Translations under genes and position numbers: made by a program
Assembly: GCA_903855945.1 (NCBI GenBank)
Contig: CAIOAK010000177.1
Coordinates: forward strand, 86 to 64,085
Direction: 5' to 3'
Length of the DNA stretch: 64,000 nt
Source of the DNA: an uncultured Anaeromyxobacter sp.
Lineage (GTDB): Bacteria; Myxococcota; Myxococcia; Myxococcales; Anaeromyxobacteraceae
Part shown: piece by piece, positions 32,636 to 41,050 of the stretch
Layout: each line of letters begins with the position of its first letter
Numbering within the stretch: the first letter of the stretch is position 1
Notes under the pieces: generated by a model
Told to the model about the DNA's origin: nothing
Database searches by the model: none
What the model saw: only the letters and a program-made list of their open reading frames with translations

Positions 32636-34828
32636 ATGACGACGGCGCTCCTGCTCGGAATCGTCCTGCTCGCCGCTCCCCCCCCCGCAACCTCCGCTCC
32701 TCCGTCGTTCCTCCGGGAGCTGGCGGAGACCCGCAGCTACCGTTCCGGCTTCCCCGCCCGGCCCACGGTGGTGAAGGGCGGCGACGAGGTCATCTTCCTC
32801 CGATCGGGACCCCGCTCCGGTGTGATGTCCCTCTTCGCCACCGAGGTGGCGACCGGCAAGACCCGGGAGCTGCTCACCGCCGAGGCCCTGCTCGCCTCGG
32901 AGCCCGGCGAGCTCTCCGAGGCCGAGAAGGCCCGGCTGGAGCGGCAGCGCATCACCGCCCGCGGGATCACCCACTTCGAGGTGTCGCGGGACGGGCGCAC
33001 GCTGCTCGCCTCCATCGCCGGCCGCATCTTCGCGGTGGACCGTTCCTCGGGGGAGAAGCGGCGGCTGGCGGTCCCGCAGGGCTCGCTCGACCCGCGACTC
33101 TCCCCGGACGGGAAGTCGGTCGCGTACGTGTCGGGCGGCGAGCTGCACGTGCTCGACCTCGCGACCGGCACGGCGAGGATCCTCACCCAGGGTGCAACGG
33201 AGTGGAAGACCCACGGCCTGGCCGAGTTCGTGGCCCAGGAGGAGATGGATCGGAGCGAGGGCTACTGGTGGTCGCCCGACTCGAGCCGCATCGCCTTCGA
33301 GGAGGCGGACGACACCGGCGTGGAGAAGCTCTCCATCCAGGACCCGGCGCGCCCGGAGAAGGCGCCGGTCCGCTTCGCCTACCCCCGCGCCGGGAAGGAG
33401 AACACCCGGGTCCGGCTCGGCGTCGTCCCCGCGGCCGGGGGGGCGACCACCTGGATCGAATGGGATCGGGAGCGCTACCCCTACCTGGCGAAGGTTCGGT
33501 GGGAGAAGGAGAACCCGCTTCTCCTGCTCGTCATGGACCGAGCCCAGCAGGAGGAGGCGGTCCTCCGCGCCGATCCGGAGACCGGGCGTACCACCGTGCT
33601 CCTCGTCGAGAAGGACGCGGCCTGGCTCAACCTGAACGAGGCCTCGCTGCGGGCGCTGCCCGGCGGCGCCGGCTTCCTCTGGTACACGGAGCGCAACGGC
33701 GGATCGGAGCTCGAGCTGCGCGCCCTGGACGGCACGCGAAGGGGGGACGTGGCGCCGCTCGCCTCGGGGTTCACGAGCCTTTCGGGGGTCTCCGACGACG
33801 GGGAGGTGTGGTTCCTGGGCACGGCGGGGGACCCGACCCGCGACCGGCTCCACCGGGTGCGCCCGGGTGGAGTGCCCACGGAGGTCGTGCTGCCCGGCCC
33901 GGCGCCCACGGGGCTCTCGGCCCGGCTCGCAGACGGGGGGCGCTCGCTCCTCGTCACCCTGTCCCGGCCCGGGGAAGGTCCCCGCACGGCCGTCGTCGCG
34001 CCCGATGGCAAGGAGCGGGCGGTCCTGCCGTCCGTGGCGCTCGAGCCCCCCTTCCGCTCGTCCCCGGAGGTGCGCACCGTGGGAGCGAGAGGGCTCTGGA
34101 CCTCCCTGGTCCGGCCCCGCGACTTTCGACCGGGGGTGAAGTACCCGGTGATCGTCGAGGTCTACGGAGGCCCGACCCGGCTCTCGCCGCTCCGGCTGCG
34201 CGCCGGCTCGCCGCTCGCCCAGTGGAAGGCCGACCAGGGTTTCCTCATCGTGAAGATCGTGAACCGGGGCGAGACCGGGCGGCTGGGCAGGACCTTCGAG
34301 CGGGCCATCCGGGGCGACCTGGCGGGGCCGGCACTGGAGGACCAGGTGGAGGGGCTCCGGGCGCTGGCCGCGCTCGTGCCGGAGATGGACCTCACGCGGG
34401 TCGGGATCACCGGCTGGTCCTTCGGGGGCACGATGGCGGCGCTGGCGGCGCTGCGGCGCCCCGACGTCTACCGTGCCGCGGTGGCGGGTGCGCCGGTGAC
34501 CGAGTGGCGCGACTACGACACCTTCTACACGGAGCGCTACCTGGGCCTCCCCGGCGAGGACCCGGCCGCCTACGACCGGAGCTCGCTCGTGAAGCTGGCC
34601 GGCAAGGGGCACGCCCCGCTGCTCCTCGTTCACGGGACGGCCGACGACAACGTCTACCTCCTCCACTCCCTGAAGCTGGCCGACGCGCTCTTCCGCCTGG
34701 GCGATCCGGCCGGCTTCGTGCCTCTCGCCAACGTGACCCACCTCGCCTCCGATCCGGCCACCTCCGAGCGGCTCGAGGAGATGCAGGTCGGGTTCTTCCG
34801 CCAGCACCTCGGCGCGCCGCGCCCCTGA
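32636..34828 (+). CDS. S9-family serine peptidase (dipeptidyl-peptidase IV-like)
   Basis: Signal peptide, DPP-IV-type propeller region, nucleophile elbow GWSFGG and C-terminal HGTADDNV. Confidence 0.88.
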   Translation: MTTALLLGIVLLAAPPPATSAPPSFLRELAETRSYRSGFPARPTVVKGGDEVIFLRSGPRSGVMSLFATEVATGKTRELLTAEALLASEPGELSEAEKARLERQRITARGITHFEVSRDGRTLLASIAGRIFAVDRSSGEKRRLAVPQGSLDPRLSPDGKSVAYVSGGELHVLDLATGTARILTQGATEWKTHGLAEFVAQEEMDRSEGYWWSPDSSRIAFEEADDTGVEKLSIQDPARPEKAPVRFAYPRAGKENTRVRLGVVPAAGGATTWIEWDRERYPYLAKVRWEKENPLLLLVMDRAQQEEAVLRADPETGRTTVLLVEKDAAWLNLNEASLRALPGGAGFLWYTERNGGSELELRALDGTRRGDVAPLASGFTSLSGVSDDGEVWFLGTAGDPTRDRLHRVRPGGVPTEVVLPGPAPTGLSARLADGGRSLLVTLSRPGEGPRTAVVAPDGKERAVLPSVALEPPFRSSPEVRTVGARGLWTSLVRPRDFRPGVKYPVIVEVYGGPTRLSPLRLRAGSPLAQWKADQGFLIVKIVNRGETGRLGRTFERAIRGDLAGPALEDQVEGLRALAALVPEMDLTRVGITGWSFGGTMAALAALRRPDVYRAAVAGAPVTEWRDYDTFYTERYLGLPGEDPAAYDRSSLVKLAGKGHAPLLLVHGTADDNVYLLHSLKLADALFRLGDPAGFVPLANVTHLASDPATSERLEEMQVGFFRQHLGAPRP

Positions 34829-34832
34829 CGTC

Positions 34833-35900
34833 ATGGCCTGGTCCAGCGCGCGAAAGCTTCTCTTCCACCTCGACCCGGAGCGGGCCCACGCGCTCGCCGC
34901 CGGCGCCCTGCGCGCCCTGGGGGGCGCGGGCGCGTCCCTGCGTCCCCGGCCGGATGATTCACTGCGAGTGAAGTGCCTCGGCCTCGACTTCGAGAGCCCG
35001 CTGGGCATGGCGGCGGGTTTCGACAAGGGGGAGGTGCTCGTCCGGGGGCTTCACGCGCTGGGATTCGGCCACGTCGAGGTGGGCACCATCACGCCTCGGC
35101 CGCAGGCGGGGAATCCGCGCCCTCGACTCTTCCGCCTGCCCGAGCACCGGGCGCTCCTGAACCGGATGGGCTTCAACAACGCGGGCGTGGCCGCCTGCGG
35201 GGAACGGCTGGCCCGGCTGCCCCGCACCGGCCGGGGCATCGTGGGTGTGAACGTCGGGAAGAACAAGGACACGCCGAACGAGCGCGCCGCGGACGACTAC
35301 CTGGCCGCGATCGACGCGCTCCACCCGTACGCCGACTACCTGGTCGTCAACCTCTCGTCGCCGAACACACCGGGCCTCCGGGACCTGCAGGACCGGGAAC
35401 CGCTCGCACGCCTCCTCGGGGCCTGCGTGGACCGGGCCCGGCCGCTCGGGAAGCCGCTCCTCGTGAAGCTCGCCCCCGACCTCTCCCCGCAGGCGCTCGA
35501 CGAGGCGGTGGATGTCGCGGTCGACTCCGGGGCCGCCGGGGTCATCGCCACCAACACCACCATCCAGCGCCCCGGTCCGGTGGCCACGCATCCCCGCGCC
35601 GGGGAGGCGGGCGGTCTCTCCGGGGCTCCGCTCGCGCCGCTCTCCCTGGCGGCACTTCGCCGGGCTCACGCCAGGGCCGCGGGGCGCATCCCGATCGTCG
35701 GCGTGGGCGGGATCATGGACGCGGCGGATGCCTACGCCCGGATCCGGGCGGGGGCGTCTCTCGTGCAGGTCTACACGGGGTTCGTGTACGGGGGTCCGGG
35801 CCTGCCCCGGCGGATCCTGGACGGGCTCGCGGAGATGCTGAAGCGGGACGGCTTCGGGAGCGTCGCCGAGGCCATCGGCGTCGATTCCCGCCCGGGTTGA
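34833..35900 (+). CDS. pyrD: Dihydroorotate dehydrogenase (quinone), class 2
   Basis: GFDKGE, VGVNVGKNK, VNLSSPNTPGLR and IVGVGGI motifs. Confidence 0.95.
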   Translation: MAWSSARKLLFHLDPERAHALAAGALRALGGAGASLRPRPDDSLRVKCLGLDFESPLGMAAGFDKGEVLVRGLHALGFGHVEVGTITPRPQAGNPRPRLFRLPEHRALLNRMGFNNAGVAACGERLARLPRTGRGIVGVNVGKNKDTPNERAADDYLAAIDALHPYADYLVVNLSSPNTPGLRDLQDREPLARLLGACVDRARPLGKPLLVKLAPDLSPQALDEAVDVAVDSGAAGVIATNTTIQRPGPVATHPRAGEAGGLSGAPLAPLSLAALRRAHARAAGRIPIVGVGGIMDAADAYARIRAGASLVQVYTGFVYGGPGLPRRILDGLAEMLKRDGFGSVAEAIGVDSRPG

Positions 35901-35987
35901 CTGAAGAATCATTCGGGGGTTGACGGGGATGACGCGATGCGTTACATGTTCCTCGCATCATCCCCCTCGTGAAGAGGGGTCAACCCC
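35894..35987 (+). promoter_or_regulatory. Structured repeat element between pyrD and the phasin genes
   Basis: The octamer GGGTTGAC occurs at 35894-35901, at 35917-35924 and inverted at 35979-35986. A 9-bp outer stem (35916-35924 / 35979-35987) encloses competing hairpins (GGGGATGA/TCATCCCC and CCCCTC/GAGGGG). It contains TTGACG-N17-TACATG. Confidence 0.45.
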
Positions 35988-35999
35988 ACGGAGGTCGCG

Positions 36000-36440
36000 A
36001 TGAGCGAGGGACAGAAGAGCCGAAATTCGAAGAGTACCGCCCGGGTGGAGGGATTCCTCCGTGAGTCGGTCGAGGTAGCCCAGGCCCGGATCGAGGTTCT
36101 GGAGGCCGAGGCCCAGAAGCTGCTGCACGACCTCCAGACGCGGATCCAGAAGGTGTCCGGGAAGGACTGGGCCGAGGTTCGCGAGCGGATCGAGCACCTG
36201 CGCGAGGTCGGAATGGAGCGGGCCGAGGAGTGGAAGGACAAGGCCCAGGAGTTCCGGGTCGACGCGGCCGAGAAGCTCGAGACCCTCCAGGTGAAGGCCC
36301 TCAAGTTCCTGGGCGTCGCAACCCGCGAGGAGGTCGCCGAGCTCTCCCGCGAGATCAACAAGATCCTGAAGCGGCTCGACGAGAGCCGGAAGCGGAAGGG
36401 CGCGAAGCCCGTCCGCCGGTCGGTGGTCGGACAGGCCTAG
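36000..36440 (+). CDS. Phasin / PHA granule-associated protein family
   Basis: Coiled-coil protein with LGVATREEVAELSREI, characteristic of the PHA_granule_1 family. GGAGG SD. Confidence 0.75.
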   Translation: MSEGQKSRNSKSTARVEGFLRESVEVAQARIEVLEAEAQKLLHDLQTRIQKVSGKDWAEVRERIEHLREVGMERAEEWKDKAQEFRVDAAEKLETLQVKALKFLGVATREEVAELSREINKILKRLDESRKRKGAKPVRRSVVGQA

Positions 36441-36457
36441 GCCGAAAGGGGGAAGAG

Positions 36458-36790
36458 ATGGCGGATCTCCAGGCGAAGTTCAAGGAAGCTTGGTCGCACG
36501 CGCTGGCGGGTGTGAACGCCGCCGAGGCGGAGGCGGAGAAGGTGCTGGCGCGACTGGCCGATGCCGCGGGACTCAGCCCCGCCGACGTGAAGCACCACGC
36601 GCGCGAGTTCGGCGAGCGGTTGACGCAGCAGCGGCGCGAGGTGGAGCGAGCCATCGACGACGGCGTCCGCCGAGCCGTCGCCCAGTTCCGCGTCCCGTCG
36701 CGGGACGAGGTGGCGGCGCTCCGCCGCCGCATCGAAGAGGTCGCAGAACGGGTCGAGGCGGTCGCCCAGGCGCGGGCGCGCAAGGAGTAG
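36458..36790 (+). CDS. Phasin-like protein (paralogue of the upstream gene)
   Basis: ATG 36458 with a GGGGGAAGAG SD. VPSRDEVAALRRRIEEV motif. The track ORF from 36230 overlaps the previous gene out of frame. Confidence 0.7.
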   Translation: MADLQAKFKEAWSHALAGVNAAEAEAEKVLARLADAAGLSPADVKHHAREFGERLTQQRREVERAIDDGVRRAVAQFRVPSRDEVAALRRRIEEVAERVEAVAQARARKE

Positions 36791-36805
36791 GTTCCGGGAC
36801 CGTTC

Positions 36806-37444
36806 GTGGCCATGCGGGTCACCGAGATCTTCTTCAGCATCCAGGGGGAGGGCACGCGCGCAGGTCGCCCGTGCATCTTCGTCCGCTTCACTGGATGTGA
36901 CCTGCGCTGCAACTACTGCGACACCGCCCACGCCTTCACGGGTGGGCGGGAGATGGGGCGCGAGGAGATCCTGGCCGAGGTGGCGCGCCACCCCTGCCGC
37001 CTCGTGCTCCTCACCGGAGGGGAGCCCATGCTGCAGCGGGAGCTCCCCGACCTGGCGCGCGACCTCCTCGAGCGAGGATACGAGGTCACCGTGGAGACCC
37101 ACGGGCAGGCGCCGCTCGGCGCGCTCCCCGCCGAGGTGGTGCGCATCGCGGACGTGAAGACCCCGGGTTCGGGGGAGCCAGCCGGCGACCTCGCCTGGCT
37201 CGGGCGCCTCCAGCCGCACGACGAGGTGAAGTTCGTGGTCTCCTCCGAGGAGGACTTCCGCTGGTCGCTGGAGGTCATCCGGCGCCACCTCCTCCCGGGA
37301 CGAGCCACTGTCCTCGTCGGCCCGGTGCTCGGCCGGGTCGACCCACGCGACCTCGCGCGCTGGCTGCTGGAGAGCGGGATCGACGCCCGGCTGAACCTCC
37401 AGCTCCACAAGGTGATCTGGGGTCCGGACGTCCAGGGCGTGTAG
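36806..37444 (+). CDS. queE: 7-carboxy-7-deazaguanine synthase (radical SAM)
   Basis: EIFFSIQGEG and the CX3CX2C cluster CDLRCNYCDT. 212 aa. Confidence 0.92.
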   Translation: MAMRVTEIFFSIQGEGTRAGRPCIFVRFTGCDLRCNYCDTAHAFTGGREMGREEILAEVARHPCRLVLLTGGEPMLQRELPDLARDLLERGYEVTVETHGQAPLGALPAEVVRIADVKTPGSGEPAGDLAWLGRLQPHDEVKFVVSSEEDFRWSLEVIRRHLLPGRATVLVGPVLGRVDPRDLARWLLESGIDARLNLQLHKVIWGPDVQGV

Positions 37445-37468
37445 CGTCCCGGGGCGCGCGGGGGGAAC

Positions 37469-37498
37469 TTGACGGGCGCTCGTGGGGAGCGCTAGCTA
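37469..37498 (+). promoter_or_regulatory. Putative promoter giving a very short leader for the 37510 ORF
   Basis: TTGACG (37469-37474), an 18-nt spacer, then TAGCTA (37493-37498). The ATG lies 11 nt after the -10 element. Confidence 0.35.
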
Positions 37499-37509
37499 CC
37501 GATGGGGCG

Positions 37510-38004
37510 ATGAATCGGTGTTCGCCGCCCCGTGCGACGAGGAGCCGCGTGTTCCAGCCCGACCCGAGCATCCGCTACGTCCCGGCCACCCGCGAGCAGA
37601 TCGTGGCGCTCGTGGAGAGCATCAACCAGCCCCAGGTCTCCATCCCGGGGAAGGAGCCCCAGGCCGTGCAGGGGTTTCTCTGCGGCCTGCGCAACCCGTC
37701 CGGCACCTTCTCCATCTTCGTCGCGCTCTTCCTGCCCCGCTCGAACGAGAACGTGGTCTACGTGAGCGATCGGAGGGAGGTGGCCATGGAGGAGTACCGT
37801 GACGTCGAGATCGAGGGGCTCCACTTCCTCGAGTCGATGGGATTCATGCTGGACAACCTGAACTTCCGGAACCTGGCTGCCGCGCAGCAGGTGGAGACGC
37901 TGAAGCGGGCGCCGCTCTTCCAGGAACCCCGTCCGGTCGTCCCGGCCCCGGTCGAGGAGAATCGGCGCTCGGAGCGCGTGGGTCGGCTCCTCGCGAGCCT
38001 CTGA
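37510..38004 (+). CDS. Hypothetical protein
   Basis: 164 aa with normal amino-acid composition in its central part. It ends 2 nt before the TPR lipoprotein gene. I recognise no motif. Confidence 0.6.
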   Translation: MNRCSPPRATRSRVFQPDPSIRYVPATREQIVALVESINQPQVSIPGKEPQAVQGFLCGLRNPSGTFSIFVALFLPRSNENVVYVSDRREVAMEEYRDVEIEGLHFLESMGFMLDNLNFRNLAAAQQVETLKRAPLFQEPRPVVPAPVEENRRSERVGRLLASL

Positions 38005-38006
38005 GC

Positions 38007-38768
38007 ATGCGCACCTCCGCTCCCCTCGCCGCAGCGCTCCTCCTCCTCGCGTCGGCCGGCGCGGGCTGTGCCCACGGCGCCAGCGCGCGGGACAAGGACA
38101 CGGCCATCGTCCATGCCGACATCGGGGCCGAATCGGTGGCCGCCGGGCGAGCCCAGGACGCGCTGCGCTCCTACGACGAGTCCCTCCGGTACGATCCCGA
38201 TCTGGCCGAGGCGCATCTGGGGCGAGGCGTGGTGCTCGAGCTCGGCTTCGGCAAGGTGGACGAGGCGGAGGCCGAGTACCGCAAGGCCATCCAGCTCAAG
38301 CCCACGTTCGCCGAGGCCCACAACAACCTGGGGCAACTCCTCGCCAGGACCGGACGGCTGGAGGAGGCGGTGAAGGAGTTCGATGCCGCCACCGCCATCA
38401 TGCTCTACCGCGAACCCTGGGTGGCCCGCTGCAACAAGGGGCAGGCGCTCTGGCAGATGGGAAAGAAGGCCGAGGGGATCGCCGAGCAGAAGGAGTGCCT
38501 GAACTTCGCGCCCAAGTACTGCCAGGGATGGCGGGAGCTCGGGCGCATCCAGCTCCTGGACGGTCAGACGAAGGATGCCGTCACCTCCTTCGAGGCCTAC
38601 GCCCGGGCGTGCGACAAGTCGGCCGACGCGCAGCAGCTCCTCGGGTCGGCGCTCCTCCGCGGCGGCCAGCGCGCCAAGGCTCGCGAAGCCTTCCAGCGGT
38701 GCGCCGAGCTCGGCGACGACACGGCGATCGGCACCGACTGCCGGAAGAGCAGCGAGAGCCTGCGGTGA
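38007..38768 (+). CDS. TPR-repeat lipoprotein, PilF/PilW/Tgl-like
   Basis: Lipobox LLLASAGAGC. Several TPR units (e.g. AEAHLGRGVVL, AEAHNNLGQLLARTGRLEEA). Confidence 0.8.
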   Translation: MRTSAPLAAALLLLASAGAGCAHGASARDKDTAIVHADIGAESVAAGRAQDALRSYDESLRYDPDLAEAHLGRGVVLELGFGKVDEAEAEYRKAIQLKPTFAEAHNNLGQLLARTGRLEEAVKEFDAATAIMLYREPWVARCNKGQALWQMGKKAEGIAEQKECLNFAPKYCQGWRELGRIQLLDGQTKDAVTSFEAYARACDKSADAQQLLGSALLRGGQRAKAREAFQRCAELGDDTAIGTDCRKSSESLR

Positions 38769-39268
38769 AGCCCTCCTCCGCCGAGCCCGCCGCCGACCCG
38801 CGTCTCGAGGCGGTCCGCGCCTTCGGCCGCTACCTCCTCCGCGAGCGGGAGCTCCGCGGCCTCTCCCACGAGGACGTGGTCCGGGTGACGCGTCTCGCCG
38901 CCGGCGTGGTCGAGGCCATCGAGTCGGGGGAGCCGGAGCGGATGCCACCCCGGGGCTACCTCGTCGGATACCTGCGCAGCTACGCGGGCGCGGTCGGGCT
39001 CGATCCGGACGACGTGGTCCTCCGCTTCCAGGAGGCGGCCGGGATCGAGGAGCCGGAGGCCGCTCCCGGAGCGGCGAGGGCCAGCGCACGCGCCCTGGCG
39101 AGCCATTCGCCGACCGGGCGCCGCTGGATCGCCATCGGCGTGGCGGTGGTGCTCCTCGTCGCGGCGATCGCCGCGGTGGCTGCGCGACGCGGGCGGGGGG
39201 ACGCCGGGGAGATCCGCGGACGGAAGTCCACCGAGCGTGCACCCTACCGTGCGCCGGGCGCTCCGTAG
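38765..39268 (+). CDS. RodZ-like helix-turn-helix membrane protein
   Basis: The GTG overlaps the upstream stop. HTH_25-like region (FGRYLLRERELRGLSHEDV...GYLVGYLRSYA) followed by the TM segment WIAIGVAVVLLVAAIAAV. Confidence 0.7.
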   Translation: MKPSSAEPAADPRLEAVRAFGRYLLRERELRGLSHEDVVRVTRLAAGVVEAIESGEPERMPPRGYLVGYLRSYAGAVGLDPDDVVLRFQEAAGIEEPEAAPGAARASARALASHSPTGRRWIAIGVAVVLLVAAIAAVAARRGRGDAGEIRGRKSTERAPYRAPGAP

Positions 39269-39276
39269 GGGCGGCC

Positions 39277-40026
39277 GTGGCGCGCACGGCGAAGCTCTGG
39301 GCGGTCGTCCTGCGAACGGTCGACTACGGGGAGCGCGACCGCGTGGTCACGCTCCTCAGCCGGGAGCGGGGCAAGCTCTCGGCCTTCGCGCGCGGCGCGC
39401 GCTCCTCCCGGAAGCGCTTCGGCGGGGCGCTCGAACCGTTCACGCTGCTCCGCGCCGAGGTGGCGGAGCGCAAGAGCGACCTCTGGTCCCTGGAGGACGC
39501 GGCGGTGGAGCGGGGCTTCGGGAACGTGCGGGGCGATCTCGCCCGCATCGCCTGCGCGAGCTACGCCGTGGAGCTGGCGCGGGAGATGGTCCGCGACGCC
39601 GAGCCGCTCGAGGAGCTCTTCGACGCGCTGGTCGGCTACCTCGAGCTCCTCGACGCCGGCCCGGCCCGCCCCTGGGACCTCCGTGGCTTCGAGATGGACG
39701 CCCTCTCCACGACCGGCCTGCAGCCCTCCATCGACCGGTGCGCCCGCTGCGGCCGCGAGGCCGGTGATGGCCCGGCCCGGTTCGATCCGGGACAGGGAGG
39801 GGTGCTCTGCGACCGATGCAGTGCCACGGGCGGGATCGCGTCCCGGCCGATCAGCGCGGCCGTGCTGGCGGCGTTCCGGAGCCTGCAGCGCGGGGAGCGG
39901 GTGGAGGGGGACCGGGAGGGTGCGGTCGAGGCCCGGGCCCACCTCGGCGGTTGCGTCGAGCACCACCTCGGAAAGCGGCTCCAGTCGCGGCGCTTCCTCG
40001 ACGAGATCGGGCCGATGCTCGGGTAG
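39277..40026 (+). CDS. recO: DNA repair protein RecO
   Basis: OB-fold N-terminus (AVVLRTVDYGERDRVVTLL). C-terminal zinc motif CARCG...CDRC. GTG start in the long track ORF frame. Confidence 0.88.
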   Translation: MARTAKLWAVVLRTVDYGERDRVVTLLSRERGKLSAFARGARSSRKRFGGALEPFTLLRAEVAERKSDLWSLEDAAVERGFGNVRGDLARIACASYAVELAREMVRDAEPLEELFDALVGYLELLDAGPARPWDLRGFEMDALSTTGLQPSIDRCARCGREAGDGPARFDPGQGGVLCDRCSATGGIASRPISAAVLAAFRSLQRGERVEGDREGAVEARAHLGGCVEHHLGKRLQSRRFLDEIGPMLG

Positions 40027-40033
40027 GTACCGT

Positions 40034-40063
40034 TTGACAGCACGGGGCGTGGGGCCCTAGGTA
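40034..40063 (+). promoter_or_regulatory. Putative glyQS promoter
   Basis: Perfect -35 TTGACA (40034-40039), an 18-nt spacer, then TAGGTA (40058-40063). Confidence 0.4.
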
Positions 40064-40069
40064 GGAGGG

Positions 40070-40085
40070 CCCGGCAGCTGCCGGG
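40070..40085. repeat. Perfect 16-bp palindrome at the start of the glyQ leader
   Basis: CCCGGCAG|CTGCCGGG, beginning 7 nt after the putative -10 element. Confidence 0.6.
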
Positions 40086-40108
40086 AGCCAGAAAAGCGAG
40101 GGCAGCGC

Positions 40109-41041
<933 letters not shown>

Positions 41042-41050
41042 GAGACGGGA

